Shown: in pieces, positions 26,035 to 38,362 of the stretch
How positions within the stretch are numbered: the first letter of the stretch is position 1
Layout of the letters: each line of letters opens with the position of its first letter
Assembly: GCA_026770705.1 (NCBI GenBank)
Contig: JANJGN010000042.1
Span: 3,906,001 to 3,970,000 of the forward strand
DNA length: 64,000 nt
DNA from: Isurus oxyrinchus
Lineage: Eukaryota
Reading direction: 5' to 3'
Position numbers and translations under genes: made by a program
Notes under the pieces: generated by a model
Told to the model about the DNA's origin: nothing
The model's input: the letters and a program-made list of their open reading frames with translations, nothing else
Databases searched by the model: none

Positions 26035-28045
26035 ACGTTGCATATACCTGCTCATAATTCCCTTCACTGGTATTATCTTCGAAATAGAACTGAAGCAAAG
26101 GAGCAGTAAAAGGTCATTGGTAAACTTGAACCAGCTCCGCCAGTTAATCAGATCATCCTGCAATTTGTAACATACAGAAATCATCTCCACTATTAACTTC
26201 ATTAATTGAATGTTTCAAATAATGTGTTTTTTTTCCTGTGGTGACTGTGCCTGTTTCTTGAATGAAATTTTGGTAAAAGATATCCACTGAGGAAAATGAT
26301 GGGATGATTGGTCAGAATAGACATTTGTTTTCTGAAAATTCGATTTGAATTTTTAAAATTTGAATAATTGTAAAAGAATTCAGAGTCCAACCCTTCATCT
26401 CAATGAGTCAGGGAATCTTTGTTAACTTTCACACACTGTGTATGGACACTGCAGAAGCTCCTGCACCTCTTTCAATATTGTAGTTCTTAACTCAGAGTTT
26501 TCAAAAGGGAATTGGACAATGATTTGAAAGGGAGAAAAAAAATAGAGTTATGGAAAGAGACAAAGAAATTGAGATTAAGTCGAAAGCTCTTTGTGAAAAA
26601 CTGACATCGATACTATGGGCCTCTTGTAGAGCTGTGCCTTTCGATGATGACATTATGGGATCAGTTTTCTCCAGCATTCCCAAAGAGAACAGCCGAATTC
26701 CATTTCTTCAAAATAAAGGCTCAAAGTGCTGCTGCATGACGTCACCGCTTAACATTTTAGTGAGGCCCATTGAGCTTTTCTCCTGTCCCCTGTTTCTGCA
26801 GGGCAGTGGTTGTCATGTTTACCTCATATGTGAAGAGTTGCCTCGTTAGAGACTGGCCATAACCATCATCAAAACTTGCAGATTGAAGTTTGTTGAATAC
26901 AGCAGGATGCGGTCATGTGTCGTGGTCACTGTTTATCCTTCAACTAAGTTTATAAGATCTGCGCATTGTCAAGTCCCTGGCTTTGTGTGTTTGAGGAGCA
27001 GCGATTGGCTGCCGTGCTCCCTGCATGAAAACAATGACTCTCCTCAGAAAGTACTTCAATAAAAGCAAAATACTGGAAATCTGAAATAAAAATATTAAAT
27101 GCAGGTAAAACTCAGCAGATCAGACAGCGTCTGTGGAAAACAAAACCTGCTGAGTTTCTCAATCATTTTCTGTTTTTATTTCAAAAAGTGCTTAATTGTC
27201 TTGAAAGTGGTTTCAGACTCCGCTGGTCAGGAAAAGCGCCTTATAAATACAAGTCTGTCTTTCCTTAACTATCTTTAAATCCCAATCCTGTGGTTACTGA
27301 CCCCCGTCAGTGGAAACAGTTTCTCCCTATCTGCACCATCAAGCCGCCTGTCCCCACTGCCCCCACCCACCTCATTTTGAACAGCTCAGTGAAATCTCCA
27401 CTTAAATTTCTTTGCTCTAAAGAGAACAATCCCGGTCTCTATAATCTCTCCAAAAACTGAATTTCCTCAACCCTGGAAATGATGCGTCTTGCACTGAGGG
27501 ATTAAGATGAGATTTTGGAAAATATTATCACTTAGCAGGTGGGAAAATGGAGAAGGAACCAAAACAGAAAACGCAGTCTCCAGCTTTGTGAATCTTTAGA
27601 AACTCTTTGGGAACCGGAATCAGAGGAGAATGAAGGTTGAACTGTCGGACTGAGCAGAGACAGTCAAGGCACCTTTCCCTTCTTTAAGACACAGGAACAT
27701 TGACGCTGATGTTCTCAGTGAAATTAACTGATCTGAGACATTGAAAGGATTCTCGTTACTGCACATCAGGAATTCAAACCTAATTTCGGCTTCGGGACAA
27801 TCAGAATACTTGGTATCAGTCAAGAAACGCAAAGGCTCGAAGGGAGACGTCACCGGTTGTAGGAGAGCTGGTTCCCGGTGACATGGATGTCTCTGCAGTG
27901 GGTGGGATCAGACTGTTTCCACGTATTCACAATGAATGCTCCACTCTTTATTTTTGGAAGAGTGAAACTGGTAGAGACAATTGTCATTCCGGTAGCAGCA
28001 ATCTGAAGATTTTACTGACTGATATCCTGCTGGAAGCCCTCATCA

Positions 28046-28062
28046 GTCTCTGTGGCGCAATT

Positions 28063-28105
<43 letters not shown>

Positions 28106-28119
28106 ACCACCCAGGGACG
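28046..28119 (+). tRNA. tRNA-Asn(GTT), intact
   Basis: GTCTCTGTGGCGCAATTGGTTAGCGCGTTCGGCTGTTAACCGAAAGGTTGGTGGTTCAAGACCACCCAGGGACG. All stems pair, T6 terminator at 28130-28135. Confidence 0.93.
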
Positions 28120-28991
28120 AAATATCCTCTTTTTTCCCCCCCATCAGCCTTCATTGTCACTCAGTTCCCGACTGTCATTGCCTGCTTAAGCTGAATGCCA
28201 AGACCCCGGAAATTTTGCCGGCTCCACTGTTATCCAGTGAGCTCCCTGGTAAGCGGCTTTTTTTCGAATATTAATTTCAAATATAATGAGAAAACATTAA
28301 GACCTACCATGCACTGATATCCAACACACTGGAAATTTATGAAGTTATTGGATTCAAACAAACCGATCAATGATTCTCTCTTCCTCAGCTCCACAGTGAG
28401 TGAGACAGGGAAAAGCAGAAAAGCAGCAATATTCCGGCCCCGCACTCTCCAATCACCCGCTGCCAGCAGAAAGCAGCAACTGCAGCTTCAGTCAGCGGGT
28501 TACTGCCCATCCCTGGGAAGGGAGATACTCCAACCCGGACCAAACCTCCCAACACACCGAGCACAGGCTCAGGAAAACACAGGTACATTATATCCCGGTA
28601 CAATGTACGAGGTATAAAACCTCGCAACAAAATTTACAGAATTTGTGAGTCACAAATAAAAGTCACACAAATTTTCTAAATCGTTTCACTGTCAAATTCC
28701 TTCATTTTATTGAAAAGCTGACTGTTGGGAATCTGAAAATGAGCACCATGGGATTTATGTTACCGAGTGACTTGTTTTCCACTGATTATCCTTCAGTTTT
28801 GCAGTTCAAATTGTGTTGGACATTGAAGCGATTCTGATTTCAAAATGAGGTCACAAAGCAACTAAACATTAAATCCAGAAACAAATCCTGAGGAAAATGG
28901 ATCACAATGTTTGGAAGGAGGTGCAGCTGAGAAGCAGCAGCTGTGAATGGTGTTATTGATGATTGAATGGAAGGCACTGGGGCCTTAGTCA

Positions 28992-29073
28992 AAAATCGTG
29001 TCCCAGTGGTGAAAACGATGCTGTTAAAATCCATTGGGGTTTCCCCAGGAAAATTCCAATCTTACCGACTGTG
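28992..29073 (+). pseudogene. Highly degenerate tRNA-Ser
   Basis: …TCGTGTCCCAGTGGTGAAAACGATG…AAATCCATTGGGGTTTCCCC…CCGACTG. Confidence 0.6.
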
Positions 29074-29611
29074 CTTCTGATTTCAATTAGGTGTCCACAG
29101 AACTCTCGGACCAATGGAAGAAAAAACATCCAAAAATTTCTCCTGATTTTTGGACTCTAAGGGAACGAAGAGCGATCGGGATCGGGTGGGAATTTGGTCT
29201 TGAAGCTGGAGATTCGCCATGATCTTATAAAGTGCCGGAGGAGGCTTGAGGGGCCTTACGACGTATTGTTGCTGCTTTGATTCTGTTCTGTTTGAGTAGC
29301 AATGCTAGGCAAGGCGATGGGCAGTAACAATGAAGCTTGGTTTCAAATACCACTTCCACTGCTGCTAAAATTGCCCGATTGGTCGAAAAAGTGGCAGCTC
29401 ACACTTAAAGCAGGTGTGTACGGTGTTTCACTTTAACAGTAATTCTGAGAGACAATTAAATATAAATGACTGTCGAGAAAAGGCGGGGCTGTTGAATTAG
29501 CTGTGAAACTTGTGCAGGACAGATATTCGTCTCCAGCTCTTTCTGCCAGTCCATGTCAATTAGCTGCTTGGTGCAAACGCAGTCAGATGGTGCGAACGTA
29601 AAACAGAACGT

Positions 29612-29791
29612 AAAAAACAAAAAAACTGCTGATGCTGGAAATCCAAAACAAAAACAGAATTACCTGGAAAAACTCAGCAGGTCTGAGAACAAGTTCTGTT
29701 GAAGGGTCATGAGGACTCGAAACGTCAACTCTTTTCTTCTTCGCCGATGCGGCCAGACCTGCTGAGTTTTTCCAGGTAATTCTGTTTTTGT
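29612..29791. mobile_element. Penelope-derived terminal-repeat insertion with inverted arms
   Basis: Perfect 38-bp inverted repeat at 29648-29685 and 29754-29791. Near-identical to the 17191-17328 insert. Flanking duplication gtaaa(a/g)cagaacgt. Confidence 0.8.
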
Positions 29792-30634
29792 AAAGCAGAA
29801 CGTGATCGGTTTACAGATAGCAGCGTACAGAGACACCAGGATCTTCCTGATTCGCCCAAGTACTGATTACAGGTATGTGCACAGTGCCAATTATCCACAA
29901 TCACACTTCCCTTCCAGTCTTGTCCTAGTTGTTCAGCTTTGAAAATGCAAATATTTTCACATTGGATTTCAATGTAAAGAAAGCAGAGCTGTGATAAGCT
30001 TGTATAGTTCAGCAGATGTACTGCAAGAAGTTACATTACAGGCTGATGATAACAGTGCTCTTGGGACACGGTGAGCTCCAGTGAAGGATCGGCACCATTA
30101 ATGTGTCGCTCATTTAGTCTCGTGACTAATCTCGTGCTGGAAATGACAAGAAAACTCGCTGAATTTGCTCCGTGTTTTGGTTTCAAAAGAGCCGAATACA
30201 AGGTAAGAAAGTACAACTCGCTTGAGTGGGTTATAAAATGGAAGAATGACCCGTGCTGTTGGGAAACATAAAATTGTACAAATTTGCAGCACAGAAAGAG
30301 GCCATTCGGCCTGGCGTGCTGCTGTCAAAGAGCAGTAGTGCTTGGTTGATCCATCAGGAGTGATACTTATGTCAGTGCAAACTGTAGGCAGCAACATTTG
30401 CCCTTCTCCCACCCATATTTTGCCTGGCGCCGCCATCTGTGTGGTCAGTGCTTTGCACCCAGCCCTTCTCTTGTCCTTCTTTCACACCGCTTCTTTGTTC
30501 TCGACTTTCCAAATATGACACTTCCAACTCTGTGGCGAAACTTCAACTATCACCCACTGATTCCGGTGGAGCTGTTGAATGGTTTCCATCAATAACTAAT
30601 TAATACTGATTTTAACAAGATAAAAAAATCTACA

Positions 30635-30706
30635 TTCCCTGATTGGGAATCCAACTCAGGCTACTGCTGATAAAGTGCCGAATCCTGACCACTCGACCAC
30701 CGGGGA
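30635..30706 (-). pseudogene. Degenerate tRNA-Glu
   Basis: TCCCCGGTGGTCGAGTGGTCAGGATTCGGCAC…GATTCCCAATCAGGGAA. Confidence 0.7.
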
Positions 30707-30734
30707 AGCTACTGTCTTAATTTCTCTGTTCCTT

Positions 30735-33125
30735 TCACCCACTGTTAATTGCCTCTCTCTGAATTTGCTGCACTCCGTTCTCCCAGGTTCAGCCCTGACA
30801 TTGACATCAAACCTGCTGACAAGGATGGTGCTGTTGTTTTCTGGCGCACTAATCTCTACCTCACAGAGGCTGAGAGTCAACTCGCAGACACTTCCTCCTA
30901 CCTGCCCCTGGACCATGACCCCACCACTGAACATGAAGCCATTGTTTTCAGGCCTGTTACTGACCTCATCTCCTCTGGGGACCTTCCTCCCACAGCTTCC
31001 AACCTCAAAGTATCACAACCTTGGACGGCCCACTTATACCTCCTTCCCAAAATCCACAATCAGGACTGTCCCGGCAGACCGAACGCTTCGGCCTGTCCTA
31101 TCACACGGAATTAATTTATTGCTATCTTGACTCCATTCTCTCTCCCCTTGTCCAGTCCCTTCCCACCTACATCCATGATTCCTCTGACAGCCTACATCAT
31201 ATCATCAATTTCCAGTTCCCTGGCCCTAATCACCTTCTCTTCACAATGGACGTAAATCCCTCTACACCTCAATCCCCCACCGGGATGCTTTGAGGGCTCT
31301 CCCCTTCTTCCTCAATCAGAGGCTCGAACAATCCCCATCCACCACTACTATCCACTGCCAGGCTTAACTTGTTCTCACACTGAACAATTTCTCCTTAAAC
31401 TCCTCTCACGTCCTCCAAATAAAAGGTTTAGCTATGGGTACCTGCATGGGCCCCAGCTATGCCTGTGTATTATGGGATATGTGGAACATTCCTTGTTCCA
31501 GTCCTACTCCGGCCCCCTCCCACAACTATTTCTCCGGTACATCGATGATTGCTTCGGTGCTGCTTTATGCTCTTGTCTGGACCTGGAAAAATTTATTAAC
31601 TTTGCTGCCAATTTCCAACCCTCCATCATTTTCATATGCTTTATTCCTGACACTTCCCTTCCCTTCCTTGACCTCTGTACCTCAATTTCTGGTGATAGAC
31701 TGTCCACCAATATTCATTACAAGCCCACCGACTCCCACAGCTACCTCGACTACAGCTCCTCACACCCCGCTTCCTGTAAGGACTCCATCCCATTCTCTCA
31801 GTTCCTTCACCTCCGTCGCATCTGTTCTGATGTTGCCACTTTCAAAAACAGTTCCTCTGACATGTCTTCCTTCTTCCTTAACCGAGGTTTTCCACCCACG
31901 GTGATTGACAGGGCCCTCAACCGTGTCCGGCCCATCTCCCGCACATCCGCCCTCACGCCTTCTCCTCCCTCCCAGAAACATGATAGGGTCCCCCTTGTCC
32001 TCACTTATCACCTCACCAGCCTTCGCATTCAAAGGATCATCCTCCGCCATTTCCACCAACTCCAGCATGATGCCACCACCAAACACATCTTCCCTTCACC
32101 CCAACCCGGCGGCATTCCGTAGGGATCATTCCCTCCGGGACACCCTGGTCCACTTCTCCATCACCCCCTACACCTCAACCCCCTCCCACGGCACCTTCCC
32201 ATGCAACCGCAAAAAGTGCAACACCTGCCCCTTTACTTCCCCCCTCCTCAACGTCCAAGGGCCAAAGTATTACTTTCAAGTGAAGCAGCAGTTCACTTGC
32301 ACTTCCCTCAATTTAGTCTACTGCATTTGATGCTCTCAATGCGGTTTCTTCTACACTGGAGAGACAAAACACAGACTGGGTGACCGCTTTGCAGAACACC
32401 TTCAGTCTGTCTGCGAACATGACCCAGAACTCCCTGTCACTTGCTATTTCAACACACCACCCTGCCGTCATGCCCACATGTCCATTGTTGGCCTGCTGCT
32501 TTGTTCCAGTGAAGCCCAACGCAAACTGGAGGAACAGCACTTCTTCTTCCGACTAGGCACTTTACAGCCTTCCGGACTGAATGTTGAGTTCAAGAAACTT
32601 TAGATCATGAACTCTTTCCACCATTCCCATCCCCTTTCCCATCCCACTTTATTTCCAACAATTTATATTTTTTTTTCTGTTCCCACCTATTTCCTTTATT
32701 TTTAAAATATTTCCATCCGTTGTTTTATCTCTACCTTTTAGCCTATTTCGTTCCCTTGCCCCCACCCCAACTCACTAGAGCTATCTCTACCTTGCTCGTC
32801 CTGATTTCTACCCTTAATGTCACCCATTAGCACATTTCTTAGCTCATAACACCACCGTCAACATCTCTTTGTCCTTTAGTCTATGACATCTCTTCTTTGC
32901 CTCCGCCTATCACTGGTCCCTCTATCCAACGCAACCTGCCCCAGCCCCCAATACCAGCTTATATTTCACCGCATTTCTCTATTTCCTTCATTCTGAAGAA
33001 GAGTCACACGGACTCGAAACATCAACTGTATTCCTCTCCACAGATGCTGTCAGGCCTGCTGGGTTTTTCCAGGTATTTTTGTTTTTGTTTCAGATATCCA
33101 GCATCCGCAGTAATTTGCTTTTATC
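30735..33125 (+). mobile_element. 5'-truncated Penelope-like retroelement (RT + GIY-YIG, disrupted)
   Basis: IKPADKDGAVV, YLLPKIH, MDV, AMGTCMGP, RYIDD, YKPTDSHSYL (Penelope RT motifs), then VYCI*C…YTGETK (GIY-YIG). Frameshifts and stops throughout. 3' terminal repeat with hammerhead motif. Confidence 0.92.
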
Positions 33126-33579
33126 TGAGAGAGAGAGAAAAAAATCAATACGTTTCAGTGAGTTAGACGCTGTCTCAGATAGAGATATCACAGACATTAA
33201 GTGAATGTGGTGACAAACGTGCAAAGAATTGGTTGGCATGACATGGATTTCTAAACAAGACCACACAACAAGATATGCTATCAATGAATATTTACATTAT
33301 TAGACGACCTGCAGTTACAGTTTGAATAAGAGAAAATAAAATAAAATGAAACATTCTGGTGAAGATACATGTTATCTTTGTGGAATGATGCAACATGATT
33401 TCTTTTCACACACACACACAGAACAAGTGATGTCTCATATATAATACTGTTGGCTGTCATGAAACTGAGTATTAGGAGCTGCATGGAGCAAACAGTCAAA
33501 ACCTGTCGATTTAGGCCAAAGTCAGAGGCCCATTTCTAACTCAACGTTCACCTTATAGATTCATAGAAAAGTGTAGTAA

Positions 33580-34800
33580 CAACAGAGACAGAGCCTGGTG
33601 TGGAAATTACTAAGACAGGGCCTAGTGCAATTTAAGCAGAGGCATGACTAGAGAAGCCATCTAATGTTACTTAAGCAAAGACCTGACCTAATGCACGAAT
33701 AACAGGGGCGGGGACGTGTGCGATATTAACATGGACAAGGTCTACTGCTGTAATAGCGGAGATGGGTCTGGTGCAATAGTTACCGATACAGGGTCTGGAT
33801 CAACATCAAGTGAAATAGTTTAGTTATTACAGGCACAGGACACAGAGTAATTGCTTCCCAGAGAGAGTCTCAGGCCGTAATATCGGAGACTGCCACCAGT
33901 GTAAGAGAGACAGACATGATCTGGTGGAGTAAAAACAGGGAAAGGGAGAGTGGAATAGAAACAGAGACAGAGGTACAAAGACAAAGTCTCTGCAAAGATA
34001 TGATCCATTTTAATTAACAAGACAGACAAGCTCGAGTGTAATACAGGCTGATACAATTTCAATTGTTCTGAAATATGGTCTGGAGGAATTTAAGTGCAGA
34101 CATGATTGAGTGTGTTATAAGCAGCGCCACGACCTAGTGAAACATAAGTGAGACAGTGCTGAGTGCAGTAATAATCGAGACAGGATCTTGTGATAACACC
34201 TACTGGATCCAGTTTAAGAAAACTGATACACGGTCTAGTGCAGCTTCACATAATTCAGGGGTCTTTTTAATGTCAACTGACGCAGTGTCTGGTGAATTAA
34301 ATACCGGCAAAGGTACGAGATCAATAAAAACAGAGACATGCACTAGTACAGCAATAAGAGAGTAATGGTTTAGGACAATAACACCAGAAACAGAGAAATG
34401 TATGATATGAATGGAGACATGTATTGGTGCAGCATCACCTGAGACAGGGTCCAGTTTGATAGACACGTGGCAGGTTCTACTGGAGTAATAGCTGAGACAG
34501 AGTCTTGTGAAATGCAAATAAAAACGCGTTCTAGTTTTCCATAAACAGAGACAAGCTCTAGTGCAGTGCCAACGGCGGCATGGCTTATTGTAACTTTAGC
34601 CGAGACCTGCTTCAGTGCAGTCATGACTGAGATAGTGCCAACTGTAATGTGGCTGAGCCAATTACAGAAACAACTGAGAGATGACCTTCTCTAATATGAT
34701 CAGAGACATGTCCTAGTGTAATAGAAACAGAAACGGCATCTAAGTTGATATGAACAGAGACAGTGCCAAATGCAGTAATAATTGAGACCGCGTCTGCTTC
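33580..34800. repeat. Degenerate 27-bp minisatellite, copy 2 (part of the duplication of 9340-11385)
   Basis: Collinear with 9810-11075. Confidence 0.75.
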
Positions 34801-34928
34801 ATGTGATGTGAGCAATCACGTTTCTACTGCCATCAACTGGTCAATCTTTGCAACTGCAGGTGTTGTGAACATGTCGATAACATTTACTGTTTCTGAGATC
34901 AGTGGTCAAAATCAGAAATAATGGAAAA

Positions 34929-35010
34929 CGTAGTCGGCAGGATTTGAACCTGCGCGGGATAACCCCAATGGATTTCAAGTCCATCGCCTTAACCACTCGG
35001 CCACGACTAC
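34929..35010 (-). tRNA. tRNA-Ser(TGA), probably intact
   Basis: GTAGTCGTGGCCGAGTGGTTAAGGCGATGGACTTGAAATCCATTGGGGTTATCCCGCGCAGGTTCAAATCCTGCCGACTACG followed by TTTT. Confidence 0.9.
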
Positions 35011-35690
35011 AGATGTTGGTATTAAGCCTGTATTATGTATATGAAGTCATAGAATTGTTACAGCAGACAAAGAGGGGCTTCTCCCCGCCCTGTCTCTGTC
35101 ACAACCTAGCCGGGCATGCACGCGCGTTATTTCCTATGTGAAAACTCAAGGAGATCAATGTTGTTTCCTCCTGGAGCCTCTGCTTGTTCTGAATTTCAAA
35201 CTGTGGAAGGTAATCGTCCTACAAAATCCACAAGGTTGCAATACATTCCTCTCAATCATCAATAACATCATTCACATCTTCCACTTGTTTGCTGCAACTC
35301 CTTCCAAACATTGCAAATTGCCTTGCATCGTTCATCCTATTTTTCTCTTTGACATTTGACTATAAAGTTGCACAACGAATGTTAATCTAGTTGGTGTTGG
35401 TGAATATGTGTCTATCTCCTCGGGGAACTGAACCATATTGACACACTTGGAGGAACACACACCGACACATACAACGAGAGTGACAGAGGCCGAAGGAGTG
35501 TCAAACACCCAGAAAGTAAAGATGTCACCAACTTGTCCAATTATTGTTCCATTTCAGACTCCAAATGTAATGAATATTTGCAGATGAACTGAAGTCAGAA
35601 ACACGTGGGTGTTTGGGTGGTTTAGTTTCTCATTTGACTGGTAATATATTCTGCAGACAGTTTGTGTCAATCAGGAATGAGATGAAGGGG

Positions 35691-35746
35691 AGTTGGCAGG
35701 ATGTGGACTACGTGGAAAAACGCCTGAACCACTCGGCCAGGACAAC
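35691..35746 (-). pseudogene. tRNA-Ser remnant with internal deletion
   Basis: GTTGTCCTGGCCGAGTGGTTCAGGCG…ATCCTGCCAACT. Confidence 0.55.
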
Positions 35747-35978
35747 AGGGTAAAGGCTGCATGTTGTTTGTTTAAAATAATAGAATAAATACAGCGAGTT
35801 CCGGTGAAAGAAGGTCTTCCAGTCCGTGCCACTGTCCCACCTTTTCCCAGTCACCCTGAGATTTACACTGTCTCTCCTCATTCTCCCAACTGAATTACAA
35901 CACTGCACAGCTCAGCTGCTCCTTCACTGCACAGAGAATCTTTTGGAAGCGTCTCAAATAACAAACCATCAGAAAGTT

Positions 35979-36059
35979 TGACAGCGGTGAGAGTGAAGCC
36001 CACATCGTCAGAGAGATCAAAACCTGAACCAACGGCTGAGCCCGCTCGGCCTCACTACC
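35979..36059 (-). pseudogene. Highly degenerate tRNA-Leu
   Basis: GGTAGTGAGGCCGAGCGGG…GTGGGCTTCACTCTCACCGCTGTCA. Same Ser-Leu arrangement as 25585-26034. Confidence 0.6.
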
Positions 36060-36809
36060 ACATTCAGATTAGACACAAACATTGTCTTCACCAACATTAA
36101 CACTGAATTCGAATATTAAAAAAATGATCAGGAATTGGCCATTCGGCCCCTCGAGCATTCTTAGCTACTTAATAAGATCATGTGCAAACTTCAATCATCC
36201 TCCTCTTTGTAACATCTGGACATTTAGTTTCTGAACAGTCCCTGCTCAAAGAAAAGAGAGAAATGTCTTCTTGCATCTTTTAAAACTGATGGTTTTCCTC
36301 TGTCTGCACCTTATGATATGAAGCCGCAGAATGAATATGAATAATGTTTGGGTGGTAAAAATGGGAAACTGAACCACTTTGACACACACACAGAAAATCA
36401 CAAATACGCACATTGTTAAGATTTGAAATAGTGAATATTTTCACACTATCTTTCAATGTGCAGAAAGTGGAGCTGTGATCAACTTACAACTCAGAAGATG
36501 TACAACAAGAATGTATATAACAGGCTGATGCTCACAGTGCCTGTTGGGACTCGGTGAGCTGCATCCAACTATTTAGACCATTTAATTGTCGTTCAATGAG
36601 TCCGGTTCCAAATTCTGTGCTGGAAATGATAAGAAAACTCGCTGCATTTGCTTATTGTCTTGAATTCAAAGCATCACATGGAAGATAAGAAAGTTCATCT
36701 TAACCGTGGTGTTAGGAAACATAAAATGACAGAAAGGTACAGCAAATACAGGGGCCATTCGGCCCTGTGTTCTGCTTTCAATGAACAATGTCATTGGTTG
36801 ATCTGAATA

Positions 36810-37070
36810 ATCAAAGACATTCGTCATTTAGGAAGAATGGTCAAAAAGGAAAACGAGACAGGGTCAGGAACGAGATCGGTACATTAGTGACAGAGGATCT
36901 TAGATTGAAGGATCAAGCTGTTAAAAAGGTTTGGGTGAAGCTAAGAAACAGTAAGAGGCAACAAACATTGGTGGGAGTTGTTTATAGGCCAACAAGCCCT
37001 AGTGGAAATGTTGGGCGTGGGATAAATCAGGAAATTAGAGCTGCATGTGACATGGGTAATACAGGAATAA
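36810..37070 (+). mobile_element. CR1-type LINE endonuclease-domain fragment
   Basis: ORF segment VWVKLRNSKRQQTLVGVVYRP is typical of the CR1 APE domain. Confidence 0.7.
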
Positions 37071-38102
37071 TATTCTGCCTTGCACCACCAGCCCTATAGT
37101 CAGTGCTTTGTAACCTATCACAGCCCTTCTCTTTTATTTTCGCCCCCTCACTCCGACTTTGGGTTTGTTCCCAAGTTTTGCCCTTGTGACATTTCCAGCT
37201 CTGATGTGAAACTCCCACTCTCACTCCACCAATTCTAGCAGAGCTAAACCGTGTTATTTTCAACCAGCAAATCAATCACATTGACTTGAACAGCTCGCCC
37301 AGGAGGAATAAGTTTCAATCCCTAACCAGGGATCAAATGCAGGCTGTACTTATAAACTTGCCGCATTCTAATCACTCACCCAGCAGTTGGACACATGGGA
37401 GCTGCTTTTGGCATTTTTATATTCCAGATCTCTTTCAGCAATGACAAGTTTCTTTGGCCAAATGGTCTGTGTCGTTTGAACACAAGTGTCCTCTTCAGCC
37501 AATGAGAACAAACCGTTCGCTGGAACATGAAATCGATACTTTCCTGTTTTAAGACAGTTCTTAAAGCCTCCCCCTTTGACTGAGATTTTAGTCATCTGAC
37601 CGAATATGCGGCTCAGTGTCACACTTTATGATAAAATGCTCCTGGGAAACGCCTTGTGACGTTTCATTCGGAAAAAGGAGCTTTCTAAATATAAGTTGTT
37701 GTTGTAGCCCATACACAGAAAGAGACAAACTCCTCTTCCCTCTTTCATCCCGATATTTTTCACTGCAAAATTGAAATGTGAAGTTGCACAACTAATGTGA
37801 ATATAATTTGTGCTCTTAGAAATGTGTTCAGCTTCCCAGGGAACTGAACCACATTGACCCACACAGAGGAACACACACAGAGATAGACACCGAGAGTGAC
37901 AGAGGCCTAAGGGGAGACAAATGCCAGAATAAAATTGTGTCACCAAATTGGCTCCGTTTTGTTTCCCATTTCCGACTGGAGATTTGCAGAAGGCTGACAA
38001 ATGAACGGAAATAAGAGAACACGGCTGTGTTTGGATCACTTTCCCTCAATTCAAACGATAATTAGCTGTCTGTGCGCGATTAAAATCCCAGATAATGAGA
38101 AA

Positions 38103-38184
38103 CATGGTCAGCAGGATTCGAACCTGCGTGGGGTAACCCCAATGGATTTCTAATCCATCGCCTCAACCACTCGGCCACGACTAC
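38103..38184 (-). tRNA. tRNA-Ser(AGA), weakened acceptor stem, possible pseudogene
   Basis: GTAGTCGTGGCCGAGTGGTTGAGGCGATGGATTAGAAATCC…GGTTCGAATCCTGCTGACCATG. Acceptor stem has one mismatch and two G-U pairs. Confidence 0.75.
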
Positions 38185-38362
38185 AGAAGCTGCTCTCATA
38201 CTGTTATTACGTGTATGAAATCATGCAATGGTTACAGCGGAGAAAAAATTCTTTCTGCCCGTCCTGTCACTGCCATTACCTGACCTTTTCCCCAAAACCA
38301 TGCAATTTATCCTGTCTCTCCTCGTTCTTCCGACAAAACTGGGAATGAAAGAGTGAGAATGA

